From: Octopus sinensis
Taxonomy: Eukaryota
Direction of reading: 5' to 3'
Assembly: GCF_006345805.1 (NCBI RefSeq)
Contig: NC_043007.1
Coordinates: 71,238,001 to 71,302,000, forward strand
DNA length: 64,000 bases
Numbering within the stretch: position 1 is the first letter of the stretch; each line of letters begins with the position of its first letter. Below the pieces are notes generated by a model. That model searched no databases. It was not told the origin of the DNA and saw nothing but the letters and a program-made list of their open reading frames with translations. This document shows positions 1 to 14,445 of this stretch, piece after piece. Position numbers and translations under genes: made by a program.

Positions 1-249
1 CCATCTATCTATCTTTATATACATGTATAAATATTTATGCCAGCTTAAATGTGGATGTTCTGTTAGAACAAACTATACTGTGATAGATACCACGAGAGAA
101 ACTCTCATATTGGCTTTGGGTATAAAATACACTCTTGTTTATATCACTAGATATATACAAACATACACACAATCACAGATACACACATACATATTTGTAT
201 ATATATACACACACACACACCTACACACATACATACGTACATTTGTTTT

Positions 250-522
250 TTCATTTATGCACCCTTTTCAAGCCTATCCAGGCTCATGGGCCTGGTTTCC
301 CGGTTTCTGTGGTGTATGTGTTCCCCCCAGTCCATTGTAGTGTTACTCAAGAAACAGGAAGAAAGATTGAGAGAAAGTTGGGGCACAAGAGTACAACAGG
401 GGTTGCCACCACCCCGTGCTGGAGCCTCGTGGAGCTTTAGGTGTTTTCGTTCAATAAATACACACAACTGCGATCCTCCAGCCGCGAGTCCGCTGCCCTA
501 ACCACTGGGCCATTGCACCTCC
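250..522 (-). mobile_element. SINE family C (tRNA-Arg-like head; OR-type octopus SINE candidate)
   Basis: rc head gtggaggtgcaatggcccagtggttagggcagcggactcgcgg. Copies at 17480-17780(-), 32108-32362(+), 42295-42620(+), 60865-61131(-). Confidence 0.75.
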
Positions 523-3312
523 ACACATACGTACATACACATATGTATTATATACACACATGTTTATACATATCTATTGATCTCGATGTGTGTTGTGTGT
601 GTGTGTGTGTATGCATGGTCGTCTTCATCTTTGGGGCTGGAGGAGAGAAAGAAATATGTATATGTGGACATACATAGATATTTTTATGACATTGAGATGA
701 ATCAAATGGGCTACTTAATATGCGTACAGTTGGAATTTAAGCTCTGTTTCATTCTGTCTGTTAGTTTTGTGCTTTTTACTCTGCTTGCCTCTGTTTACAT
801 TGATTCAAGTATCATCTGTATTCCTGATGTAATAGCAGAAACTCCAGTCATACAGAGAAATATAGAATCTAACATGGAAATATAGAAAGCAAAAGAATTA
901 TCACATGTTCAATTGGCATTAATTAACTAATTGTATACAAGCAGAATGTGTTAACTTCATACAGCTATATGGTACCAAATGTTGTTTGGATACCATTTAC
1001 TTCAATATTTTTACTTGATGTATATAAAGATTTTCTAGAAATATTTTTGTAAATTAATTTAATGTTATATTTTATTAATTCCAGAATGGTTTTACATTCA
1101 ACTTATTTTAATGTTTTATATTTCTCTCACTCCTTCCCACTATCTGTCTCTCTCTCTCTCTCTTTCTCTCACCTTCTGTCTGTCTGTCTTTCTTTCTCTC
1201 TCTCTCTCTCTCTCTCTCATAGATTTATTGGCCTTCCCTCTCTACTACAATTTATTATTTGAAGATTTATCATAAAACTTATCCATTCCTCTATTTTCTT
1301 TTGTTTTGGCATTTCTTGAATCGTTTCCTAATCCTTAATGCTATTATTTTCTGTCAATACTGGGTTTCTTAAATCCAGCTGTTTCTACAACTCTTATCTT
1401 CAACACCATTCCACAACAAATATGTATTTCCTACTTATAACATTTTCTTCAGCTTCTTGACATTATTCTAATCTCAAACTCAAATCCTTCTTTCTATACA
1501 ACCGTTCCATATTTCTACAATTACTCTTGTGTTTTCTCATAACTCACTCTTCAATCGTTTTCTTCCTCTCCTTGACCTTAATACTCACTCGTGCTCATCA
1601 TGCTTCACCATCTCTCTATCTTTCTATATTCTTGCACTCAAATCCTTCACTATTTTCAACTTTATTCTCTCCTTATAACCTTTTCGATTTCTTCCATCCT
1701 ATTTTGTGGCACCCTTACAGTTTGGCATCATTTTTGTTTATGATTGATCTTTTTTTCTTGCTACTTCATGGCATTAACAAGTGGTCATTTTCATCCACTG
1801 ATTCTCCATCTTATCTTATTGATCTTCTATGTCTCCTCCTTATCTCTTCGAGCCATCCTTTATTTCTCCAATTTATTTTGTTCATCTCCTTCCTTGCTTT
1901 CTATTTCTTACCTTTACTCGCAAACTAATATTTTCAGTTGACAGTTGCATTATTCACTGTGGCACCTGAACTCACTGCATACCACCAACAGTCTGCCTTT
2001 ACATCTATTGATTACAGTTTCTATATTGATCACTTTACTCCTTCTTCTCATCTTCCTACTTCTTCTGTCTTTCTATCTCTCCTTTCTCATGTTTGCTTAA
2101 CTTAATCACTCTTCCTATAGCAGTAGTTTTTCTTAACTGATAATGGCATACAGGCTTCTTTTTTTTTTTTTTGGTATTTTTTTTATTTGATTTGGTCTGC
2201 TTCAAAAACATTGCTTCAAGTTCATTGAAAGAAAGGTATTTTCAAATGAATTTGACATATTTTCTTAATCAATAACAGATTATTCTTGAATTTCCCCTTA
2301 TCTCAATATTGTATCCACCCCTACATCTCCTTACTTCCTTACATTTCATTTCAACTTTATTGTTCTAGCTCTGAAATTTATACAAATCATTTAATATTTT
2401 CACCAATGGCAAAGGGAAATCTTTACAGCCCATATTTCTTCTTTCTTTAATGCTATTAATACAAACATACCCATTAAACTCCTTTTCAGTAGCTGTTTTC
2501 TTTCCACTAAAATTCTCCTCTCGCTAAAGCTTGTTTGGCCAGAATTTACCAATTCAATTTCTTTCTACAAACTGTAAATTATTATTATTATCATTATTAT
2601 TATAATACTGAAATATTGAATTTTTTCTGCAAATATTACCTCCTGCATTAATAGATTCGCTGTGGTTTTATATCTTCCTTATGAGTGAGAAAGCAAAAGC
2701 CGCTGGAAATGTTACTATTTTTGTTATCTTTCCAAATATAGGTTATTACAGCTTGTAAATAGGATCAAAGTGAAAGGACATTCCAAAATTATTCTGTTCT
2801 ACCATTTCTAGTATTTCTTGGAAGCAAGCTCCCCTTCCCAGCACACTGGAACTTAATTTTCTTTAAATAATTATATAATTTAATGAAGATAATTTTCATC
2901 AAATTTCATAAATTAGCTGATATAGGAAAAACACATTTCACTGTTTTCAACTATTGATGCATTTTGTTTCGTCTGGTTTATGGCTCTGACAGGTTTTGCT
3001 TAATGTTATCACACATGGGGAAAAGAATTTTTAAAAAATATAAACAATGAATAGATAAACGATGATGTCGATCGTTTCAATGGCTGTGATGATGTGGTGG
3101 GGTGGGGTCTGATTATGAATGATAGTGTCAGTGATAACTATGATGGTGGTGGTGGTGGTGGTAGTGATGCTGAGATGATAGCTATGATGATGGTGGTTAT
3201 TTCGGTAGCAAATACGGTGGGTTTGATGGAAGTGATGACAGTGACGCTTATAGATGATGATGATGACAATGATGATAAAATCTATAATGATGAATGTTTA
3301 TCATCCTCATTG

Positions 3313-3358
<46 letters not shown>

Positions 3359-4069
3359 AATCATTGTGACCTTTTTTGTTTGTTTATTATTATATTCCTC
3401 TTCACATCAACTTCGATTATGTTAAGTTAACCTTAACTCTTCCCTTTCAGATGTTTTGTGGCTGATGTTTCTGAGAGTGTTTATCTCCATCTTGTCAGTT
3501 GATAACAAATCACAGCTGCCTCAGCTGAGGCTCCAATATTCTATCTAGTATGAAATTTATTGTTTGAAAGCCCATATTACTTTTACTTTCACTTTCACTT
3601 TACGCTAGATAAAGATAGATATGAAACATCACTACTATTAATGCAAACCTTGCTGTATCTTATGTTTTATATGGATTATTAACACAGTAGGTAATTCAGC
3701 TCTGAAGTATTATTTTTCTTCATTTGAAGTATTATTCTTCATTTGAGTTCTCTACTGTTACACAATTAGAATAAATGTATTAATTTGTCCTGGTACTCCC
3801 AGTCCGTCCATATTAAATGCTTATCTCTGTTTGACCTTTTTCTCACAGTTAAGGAAAGACAATATTAGGAAGGCTGTTTTGATCTCTATTATGTTTCATA
3901 ACTTGGTAACTATTTCAGTATTACACTACTAGCAAGGTAGAATATTACAGGTGTCATCACCAAATTTAAATAATAAATGAAAGATGTCATAGTTATTACT
4001 AGGTTTACTTCCTTACAACTAATAGGTGAGGCATACATTTGTAATATTGACACAACACCTGCAATTTCA

Positions 4070-4480
4070 GAGGAGGAGGTAAGACAATTATGTCGACTCC
4101 AGTGTTCAACTGGTACTTATTTTATCAACCCAGAAAGAATGAAAGGCATAGTCAACCACAGCAGAATTTGAACTCAGAACATAAACGCAAACAAAATACT
4201 TATTTCTTTACTACCCACAAGGGGCTAAACACAGAGGGGACGAACAAGGACAGACAAACGGATTAAGTCGATTACATCGACCCCAGTGCATAACTGGTAC
4301 TTAATTTATCGACCCTGAAAGGATGAAAGGCAAAGTTGACCTCTGCGAAATTTGAACTCAGAACATAACGGCAGATGAAATACAGCTACGCATTTCGCCC
4401 GGCAAGCTAACGTGTCTGCCAGCTCGCTGACAAAATACTATTTTGTCCAGCATGCTGATGATTCTGCCAGCTTGCTACCC
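4070..4480 (-). mobile_element. SINE family B (nested pair); central domain resembles the Meta-SINE-type domain
   Basis: rc contains gagctggcaga..gttagc, gttcaaatt, gcctttcatcctttcagggtcgataaattaagtaccag. Other copies: 4530-4710(+), 34495-34885(-), 45705-45870(-), 54440-54640(-), 63190-63405(+). Confidence 0.75.
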
Positions 4481-6368
4481 CAAGAGCAAATAATAATATG
4501 TACATTTGTAATATTATTTGCTCTTAGAGCTGTAAGCTGGCAGAATTGTTAGCTCACCAGACTGAATGCTTCACAGTATTTCGTCCATCTGTACATTCTG
4601 AGTTCAAAGTCATCTTAGTCTTTCATCTTTTCAGGGTCCACAAAATAAATACCAGTATAATTAACTCCTCTTCCCTGAACTTGCTGGCTGTGTGCCAAAA
4701 TTCGAAACCTTTATTTTTTGCTCTTATTTAAAAAAACTGATATTTAAACAAGTCATTTAATTAACAGTGTATCTCGAAGTGAATATAGCAACTGATTAAT
4801 AGCTTGAAATATATTAAGCTAAATACTCCCCAGATGGGTAAAAAAGGTCAACCGCTACCTATGGAGCTTGAACCATGTATCTTCTGTTTAAGTTAGTAGT
4901 GTGTCTATCATAGTTAAAGAAGATGTGTGATTTGAGTCTTGTGGGTAGTCTTCAGCCTTCTTTCCATCCAAAAGGGCTGTATCCCAATATATAACAAATT
5001 ATTATTTGCAGCTGTATTCACTGTGAGAGACACCATTAAGTAAATTATTTACATATTTCTAGAGGCTTCTACATTGATATTCTAAATGTAAACAGATTAT
5101 TATTTAAATTTACTGATTCATTGTAACCAATATAATATGGAAAAATAGATGTAAAAGATTCTAAAGAAATGTAATATCAAGCAAAAAATAGGAGCAACAG
5201 TAAGTTTTGGTGGGGGTGGGGGGTTCATACTTGAGGTTAAGAAGTTAAGAATTCCATTTGAGGTTCAAGAATTCTACAATCAATTCCAAATATTCTACAC
5301 AAACATTGGTAGAAAGTAAAAATTTTATTTCAGAGCCATTTCAGTCATTTCATTCACTGTTATTTAGGAAGAATATTTGGGATGTTGATGTACCTTGGGT
5401 AGATATAAGTGTAATTGGAGCATATAGATCGGTAGCCACTACACACATTTTTTTCTTTCTTTGTTTCTTCCTGTGTCCCTTTCTGTAGAAGAGCATAGGC
5501 TCGAAACGTAAAAGACTTTTTCAATTCCTGAGTGTTATACTAATACATCTGTTTGTTTTCTACACCGCCTGTCTTCGTCTTATGTTTTTTTTTTTGTGAA
5601 CTCTTCCCTTCATAACATAATTTATGCATTTAAAATAATACTGGGAAGTTTTCTGCATAGCAAATGGTAGATATGGAAACTTAACCAGACATAATGGTCG
5701 AAGTAGTTGAAATTCATTTCCATAGACTGGAACAGAGGTTCATGGCACTAAAATACTCAATCACAGCTTTTGCCCAGAAGAGAATAGGAATTTCAGTATT
5801 TCAAACTAAGGACCCATCTTCTCTGTGGCACCATGGTACTTATTTACAAAGCAGTGAACATTTTCATTTGGAATTTCTCATTGACACAGCGACAAGAACT
5901 CTTGTGACAAGATATAAACTGTTGACATTTCAACGAGCCGGCCATCCAGCCTGCCAGCCAGCAGGCTGACATCTAAAACCTCTCCTAGAAGTCATTGTCG
6001 TAGATATTTGTATCGCTAGGAAAGCTGCAATCACTCTACGCTAAACACACACAGGATAGAGCTAATGCATTAACACTTGTACAAACTAATACAAGTTTGA
6101 TTTGTCAGTAATTTATAACCCTTTAAATTAACTGTTGTAATTTATAACCAATTAAATGGCTACCATCTTTATTGCTTTGTTTCAGTAAACTATCACAACA
6201 TGAGCATTACCTAGTTTAGTCCAATGCCAGTTTGTGACCGCTTCCTTAATTAGAGATAGTTTATATTTCTACTGGTTATGTTGTACTAATTAGTATAAAT
6301 GATTATTCTGATGATTACCACTCAGGCTGGCTTATAAATGGATGAGTGTGTATGTATGTGTGTACATG

Positions 6369-6428
<60 letters not shown>

Positions 6429-6472
6429 TATATATATATATTATATATATATATATTATATATATATATATA

Positions 6473-7752
6473 CATCTGGTCATTAAAAATGAAATGTCTG
6501 ATTTTGAACTGAAAGTTTATTTTACTTTATCTCAACAAAAAGCAATGCAGTTAATCAAAGTATGCACTTAAATTATCAACACAATTTTGCTATTTTATCA
6601 GTAGTTTATTTATGCCAGCATTGAAGAATTCTGGAGAGCAAGAGGTGATGAAATCACGAAAGGCTGTTTTGAAGCTTTTTCCTTGCAAAAAGTTGTCTAA
6701 TGCCTGGAAAACATGATAGTCAGTTGGCACGACGTCTGGATGACATATGCTGGATGACAGTACTTCCAAGTTCAGTTCCTGTAACTTGAGTAGCGTTCTT
6801 TGTGCAACGTGTGGTTGAGCATTGCCTTCCAAGAGAATTGGCCTGTCTCTGTTGACCAATCTTGGTTGTTTAATTGTGAGTTCACTCATCATTTCATCCA
6901 ACTGGTTGATGTATACATCCACTGTAATTGACTTACCAGGTTTCATGAAGCTGTAGTGGATGACACCAGTGCTGGACCTCCAAACAGACACCATTAACTT
7001 TTTTGGTGAATATTCTTTTTTGGATTGGGTTTTGGCATTTTGTCTCTATCCAACCACTGTGCAGAATGCTTGCTATTGTTGAAAAGACTCCATTTTTCAT
7101 CACACATAACAATACAATGCAAAAATGGTTCACTTTTATACCATAACAGCAAAGAACAGCAAGTTTCAAGATGATGTATCATTTGATGCCTGTTTAGTTC
7201 ATGTGGTACTTGACACAGCGACAAGAACTCTTGACACAGCTTCTTTACTTTGCCGATTTGTTTCAGATGGTCCAATACACTTGGAATCAAAACATCAAAC
7301 CTTGCTGCTAACTCACGCGTAGTTTGAGATATATCTGCTTCCACTACAGTTTCCAGCTCATCATTATCCACCTTCCTCTCAGGTCTACCACAGGGCTGAT
7401 TTTCAAGAATAAAGTCACCAGACTGGAACTTCTCAAATGATTGATGTACAGTGCACTCATTCGCCACATCTTCACCAAACACCTCGTAGATGTTTCTAGC
7501 TGTCTGGGATGCATCGGTTCCATGATGGACCTCCTATTCATAAACAACATGAATTTTTGATCTATTGATGGGTTCACATAAATTGATTTACAAGAGCAAA
7601 CTCATGATATAATCAGACACCATGAATTGCATTTCGAAAAGTGATGATATATATCTCTTCAATGTTGTAAAATTGTCAGAATAAAAGATTAGAGTTAATG
7701 ACTGTCAAGCTTGGTGCATAAGAAAATCAGACATTTCATTCTTAATGACGTG

Positions 7753-7755
<3 letters not shown>
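6473..7755 (-). mobile_element. Full-length (~1.28 kb) degenerate mariner DNA transposon (Mos1/Hsmar-type transposase pseudogene)
   Basis: Minus-strand ORF pieces with HTH region, (W)VPHEL as QVPHEL, CDEKW, decayed HDNA (EGNAQPH) and decayed YSPDLAPxDY (HPDVVPTDYH). Imperfect ~33-bp TIRs CATCTGGTCATTAAAAATGAAATGTCTGATTTT (6473-6505) and CACCACGTCATTAAGAATGAAATGTCTGATTTT (rc of 7723-7755). TA on both sides, inside (TA)n. Confidence 0.95.
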
Positions 7756-7834
<79 letters not shown>

Positions 7835-7855
7835 CAATATATGGGAACATGTACA

Positions 7856-7919
<64 letters not shown>

Positions 7920-7921
<2 letters not shown>

Positions 7922-9622
7922 TCATCATCATCATCATCATTTAGTGTTCGTTTTCCATGCTGGTTTGGTTTGGGCGGTTTGACTGAGGTCTGGAGAGCCA
8001 GTGGCTGCACTAGGCTCCAATCTGATCACATTTGGTTGGTGCTTTTTACGTGCCACAGCTACGATATTGGTTTTACTTGACTCAACAGGTCTTCTCAAGC
8101 ATATCATATCCCATGATGCATCAGGAGTACTCTTAATTAGGCCAGACATGCATGGCTGCAATGTCACTTTAGTTGTTGGATCTTCTCAATCATAGCATAT
8201 CTCCAAAGATCTCCTGTTATTGCCTCTGTGAGGCCCAATGTTCGAAGCTCATGCTTCACCATCTCATCCCATGTCTTCTTGGGTCTACCTCTTCCACTGA
8301 TTCCTTCCACAGTTAAGGAGTGACATTTCCTCATGCAGATGTCCTCATCCATATGTAACTCATGACCATAGCAGCATAGTCATCTCTCTTGCACACCACA
8401 TTTGATGCTTCTTATGCCCAGCTTTTCTCTCAGGGCGCTTACACTCTGTCATGTATGCACACTGACATTACACATCCAGTGAGTCATACCAGCTTCCTTT
8501 CTTTCAAGTCTATGCATGTCCTCAGCAGTCATGGCTCATGTTTCACTGCTGTGTAGCATGGCAGTTCACACACATGCATCATACAGTCTACCTTTCATCC
8601 TGACCGAGAGGACCTTAGTTGCCAGCAGAGGTAGGAGCTCCCTGAACTTTGCCTAGGCTATTCTTATTCTAGCTGCTACACTCTCAGAGCAACCCCCCCC
8701 CCCACTACAGACTTGGTCGCCTAGATAGCAGAAGCTATTAACTACTTCTTATTTCTTTACTTCTATTAACTACTTCTAGTTTCTCTCCCTGGCATGTGAT
8801 GGAATCTGTTTTTTTGTATATCTCCAGTATTTATTGCCCCTGTGCATCTGCTACACACAAAAGCTATCTTCTCAGTTAACCTTCCGTTGATATTGCTGCA
8901 CCTTTTATGTGTCCATATCTTATGCCGGGTACATCTTATGGAGTTTCTACCCATGCTTTTTCTACAGATTGAGCAGGGCTATCTACCTGAAGGGTATTGT
9001 GGATTGACAGCCTTCCTACTTACTAAGACTTTGATTTTTTGCTAGGTTGACCCTAAAGCAATTTGATTCTAGAACTTGCTTCCACACCCTAAACTTCGTC
9101 TCTAATTCTGGCAGTGACTTGGCTATTAGAGCAAGGTCATCAGCATAGAGGAGCTCCCAGGAGCAACCTGTCTTGAATTCCTCTGTTATTGCCTGGAGGA
9201 CAATAATGAATGAGGGGACTGAGGACTGATCTTTGGTGAACCCCTACTTCTACTGGGAATTCTTCACTATACTTGTTGCCAACCCTCACCTTAATGATAG
9301 CATCCCTATACAGGGCTTGTACATCTTGTCAATTCCCAGTTTCTGCATTGATCACCAGTTAGGGGATCGGGGGACCCTGCCAAAGGCTTTCTCCAAGTCA
9401 ACAAAAGCCAAGTGCAGAGGTTTATCTTTGGTTAGATGTTTCTCCTGCAGTTGCCTTACCAGAAATATAGCATCAGTGGTACTTCTGCCTGGTGCAAAAC
9501 CAAACTGCATCTCATCTAGGCTAACTCTCTCCCTAATTAGTTGAACCCTTTCCTCTGTAACTTTCATCACCTGAATCAATAATTTGATACCCCTATAGTT
9601 ATTTCTATCTAAAGCATCACCA
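7920..9622 (-). mobile_element. 5'-truncated RTE-clade LINE (reverse transcriptase, embedded PHD finger, 3' UTR, (GAT)n tail)
   Basis: YRGIKLL...QFGFAPGRSTTDAIFLVRQLQEK...AFVDLEKAF (9352-9620), ELLYADDLAL (~9130-9160), SFCYLGD (~8720-8740), C-terminal GRGRPKKTWDE..LGL (8164-8352). Stops and frameshifts present. Confidence 0.93.
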
Positions 9623-9624
9623 TT

Positions 9625-9671
<47 letters not shown>

Positions 9672-9672
<1 letters not shown>

Positions 9673-10075
9673 CATCATCATCATCATCGTTTAGCATCCG
9701 CTTTCCATGCTAGCATGGGTTGGACGGTTCAACTGGGGTCTGGGAAGCCAGAAGGCTGCACCAGGCCCAGTCTGATCTGGCAATGTTTCTACAGCTGGAT
9801 GCCCTTCCTAACGCCAACCACTCTGTGAGTGTAGTGGGTGCTTCTTACGTGCCACCAGCACAGGTGCCAGACGAGTCTGGCAAACAGTCACGATCGGATG
9901 GTGCTTTTTACGTGCCAACGGCACGGGGGCCAGGCGAGGCTGGCAATGGCCACGAACGGATGGTGGTTTTTACGTGCCACCAGTATGAGGCCAGTCGGGG
10001 CAGCGCTGGCAATGGCCACATTCGGATGGTTCTCTTGCGTGCCACCGGCACTAGTATCACAGCTGCAATTTCCAT
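9672..10075 (-). mobile_element. RTE 3'-end derived short element with (GAT)n tail
   Basis: ttccatgctagcatgggttggacgg...ctggatgcccttcctaacgccaaccac. Similar copies at ~11170-11310, 12225-12360, 12700-12900(+), 13860-13970, 16345-16620, 16780-17060, 22140-22590(+), 40750-40960, 56600-56720. Confidence 0.8.
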
Positions 10076-10144
10076 TAAAACAGTTTGATTTAGCTCCAAC
10101 AATAATACATGTCAACACCCACTAAATGTGTTGAGTACCTTTCT

Positions 10145-10206
<62 letters not shown>

Positions 10207-10301
10207 ATATATATATATATTATAATAAAATTGGATTCAATCTTAAATCTGATTTTTCCTTGTAAATTTGGATTTATTCCCTAATATTTATTATTATATA
10301 T

Positions 10302-10355
<54 letters not shown>

Positions 10356-11079
10356 ATATGGGGGGGGGGAGATCGTTTGCATTTGTCCTGGTAAAACCAA
10401 ATAGAGTTTAGATGGAAAGAGCTTCTACAAGAAGATTTTGAAAATATAGATAGCTTTGTATATATATTTGTCTATATACCCATATATTTTCATATTTTAT
10501 GTTTGTCTATATCCATTTATGTGTTTGTACATAAACCAGCAGTTACTTACATATACATCAATAAATCTGTGAATATGTGAATGGTGTCCACAACATGTAG
10601 TGAAAGTTTTATGATTTTCTTCTGTAATACCTAACAATCCTGTCCATGCAATGGACATGCAATGTAGACTTATTGTTTCAGAAAATTAGTTTCAGTGTAA
10701 CTACTTAAAGCAGTTTACTTAAAGATATCATTTCTACAAGTTGTATAGGCAATGTTTAATCATGGCTTCAGTTCAATAACTAAAACCAGTATTGCAGTAA
10801 CTGTAGCACCACTCATCATACTGGAATATCCTGAAGTATGCTGCTCCTTAGAAATATTGTTCATATAAAACTCCAAAAGGATGTTTGCTATAAGGCTTTG
10901 ACAGACTTTTGTGTTCTTTTCAACATGGGTGCAGGCATTGCTGTGTGATCTGGGAACAAAGATTATTTTCTGTTGCCTCAGTTTGATCTGTCCATTTCTA
11001 ATTGGATTTTGATGGTCAGAAACTGTATATATCGCTTTGTGTGTGTGTGTGTGAGTGTGTATGTGTCTTTTTGTAAGGT

Positions 11080-11176
<97 letters not shown>

Positions 11177-12048
11177 TTAAAGTCGGTTTTCATGCAGGCG
11201 TGTGTTGGATGTTTCAACAAGAGCTGGCAAAACAGAGCACTACATCAGGCCCCAATTGCTTGTTTTTTGGGATGGGGTTTTATGGCTAGATGCATTTTCT
11301 AATGCCATGCAGTGGGACTGAACCCAGAACCATGTGGTTGGTAAGCAAGCTACTTACCACACAGCCACTTTACATATATTTGTAGTTGTTTTACTCTAAT
11401 TCAGCCCTGAATCAATACAACTGCAAACAAATACATTTCAACAATACATGTCAAACCTACAATTTTAGGGAAATATGTTCTATTTATTAGAACAGATGTT
11501 TTTTTTCTAGCGAAATTATCCAGAAATTTGTTTTAGAATATAATGGTATAATTGGTTCAAAACTATCAAAAAGTCTTTGATGAAATGTTTTTCCTTATTT
11601 TATTTTTTATTTTTGTGAATCTCAAATTCCATTGTTCTATGTGTTCTTCCTTTTATAATGTTGCTATGCTTAACTTGAGGATGTTTGGCTGCTATTTCTA
11701 GCAAGTGAAGAAACCATATAGAGGCTACTTTGTTGGCTCCCATGTATTTTTCTATGGCTAGTAAGATGGTTTTCACAAATTTGAACATTACAAATGTGTA
11801 AGTTACTTGTAATGCTGGAGACCTGGAGGCCTTACATATTGCTAATTACTTGACCATGAATCAACAACAGATTCTGTTTGTAATTGTGTTAAAAGAAAAT
11901 GAAAGTAGAATTTTGTGCTTTATCAAAGAATATAACATACCGGCAACACTTAGGATTGAACTCATGACTACTCTGGCAGCTTAACCCCACACCTACAGAG
12001 CTATGTTTATAAGACCTTTTCTGTTTTCATACAATGCGCTACATATGT

Positions 12049-12088
<40 letters not shown>

Positions 12089-12869
12089 ACACACACACAC
12101 AATATGTTCTTGCTTTAGACAGCTTAAAGTAGTAAAAATATCACAAAAACTGTTACTCAGAATTTCATGTTCCTGTTCATTGGACAGTTGTGTTTAAGAA
12201 TGGGGCCAGAATTAAGGTTATATCATCATTGTTTAGCCTCCACTTTCCATGCTAGCATGGGTTGGACGGTTCAACTGGGGTCTGGGAAGCCAGAAGGCTG
12301 CACCAGTCCCAGTCTGATTTGGCAATGTTTCTACGGCTGGATGCCCTTCCTAATGCCAATTTACATTGACAAATACACATTTGAATTTGGTTTCATTTCA
12401 TTGGTTGTTTCAATGATGGTTTTTTTAAAAAGAAATGGTAATATAAACGATAAAATTAAAAATTAAAAGGCTTAAAATCGAATTGTGTTAAATCGAAGCA
12501 AGCCTTAAATCAAAAATAAATATAGCCTTAATTCTTGTCCCATTCTCAGTCACAACGCCCGGTGAATGGTAACGTGAAACTCTGAGTAGCAGTTTTTTGT
12601 GATGCTTTTGCAGCTTTAATAATAAAGCATATTACTCTACCTCCAGTATTCGAGTATTAGTTTTTCCCACTTTGTTTTTTCCCATTTATGTGCTTACTCT
12701 GATGCACGTAAAAAGCACCCACTACACTCACGGAGTGGTTGGCGTTAGGAAGGGCATCCAGCTGTAGAAACGTTGCCAGATAAGACCAGAGCCTGGTGCA
12801 GCCTTCTGGCTTCCCAGATCCCCGGTCGAACCGTCCAACCCATGCTAGCATGAAGAACAGACGTTAAAC

Positions 12870-12901
<32 letters not shown>

Positions 12902-13819
12902 CATTATTATTATGGCTGTCCCCTCGTTATTGAGTATGGCCATTGCATGAAGCTTAACTGTTACTGGTGCTGTGATCGAATGTGACTTTTTAGCTCAGCT
13001 AAAGATCTACAATGTCTTGTACAGAATTGGCAACTGAAACCTTTACCGGTAATAGCCGGCTGTAGTTGTAACTAGGCTTCATGTGCCTTTGCATGTCATT
13101 TAAGTCCTCCTGCCGAATTACACTCTCTTCCACATGCCCGACAGATATGACATACATACATATATATGTATATATGTATATACTTCATTGGTATTAGAAG
13201 ACTTGTTACTCTTGTGGGAAAGGTGTCTGGGAACCCAGTTGAATTAAAAACAAGACCTGTAGAAGGGCAGGTGAGCTCCTTGTGGCCATCCTGTTGGGGA
13301 GATGCAATGGCAACCCCCCACCCCCATATCTTTGCCAAAAAAAGCACTATGAGAGAGTCAGAACAAAATAATGCTATGGCTTCATCCGATAGGAAAACTT
13401 GCGCTTAACCAGGAAAATTTTTGTTGTAGTGTCATCAGTGCTCTGCAAAGCATATGATACATGATAGTGATGACAATTAGAAGACTGATGCATTGGATAA
13501 TCTTACTATTCTAGAATTATGTAGAATTTTAATATAGAGCAAATTAACCTACAAAGGGCACCCCTAAGTAAAGAACTGATTCATGTATATTTGTCTGCTT
13601 ATCTATTATTCTTTACTTTCATTAATCTCTCTCTCTCTCACTTTCTACTTTTCTATCTCTGTTTGTCCCTCTCTCTTTTCTTCTTATTTTTTCTCTTTCT
13701 ATCTCTCTTTGCCTGTTTCTCTTATCTTTTCTCGGTTGCTTTAGTAATCAATAAATCTGATGTAGAAGATCAAAATCAAACATGCTACTGTAGCTTATCA
13801 TCATCATCATCATCATCAA

Positions 13820-13861
<42 letters not shown>

Positions 13862-14445
13862 TGTTTAACATCTGCTTTCCAAGCTGACAGGGATAGGACA
13901 GGTTGACTGGGAACCGGCAAGCTGCAGGATTGCATTGAGCTCCAATGTCATCTTTGACATGGTTTGACATTGGAACTCGTCACAGTCCTACACCTTAATT
14001 AAGTTCCAATAATATCTTATACTCATGTAAGATTGAAGATTAACACTGCAAACAGGTATTTTATCTCCTTGCATAGTCATTAGTTATTTTGTGTGAATTA
14101 GAGATGGAAAAGGAATGTCTTAAGTTAAGTCCACAAACTAGTTTTAATTACTGAAGTTAATTTACTACAATGCTTATGACATTGAGAAAGAAAAAAAAAT
14201 CAATCTTATCCCACTACCTCTACCTTACCTTTATAAACTTGTGGCTTTATGCTTCAGTAAAAGATTAATTTAAAAATGATGTTCATTTTATCAAAGATTT
14301 TTGGATAGTTTTGAATCAAATTTACCATTATAATTTAAAACAGGTGTTCTCAACTACTTTTTATCTGTAGATCCTTTTGATTACTATTTTATTCTGGTGG
14401 AACCCCAACCCATAGCCATTCAATGTTTAAAAACTAGCTTTATAG

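Noticed and set aside
1260-2870. Purine-rich minus-strand block with faint RT-like words (KDFPLPLV, GGYNIEIR)
   Set aside because: Probably an ancient retroelement, but too decayed to assign by eye.
5480-5520. gaagagcataggctcgaaacgta, hammerhead-like stem II plus GAAA
   Set aside because: The CUGANGA core is not intact (ctgtagaaga); at most a dead Penelope remnant.
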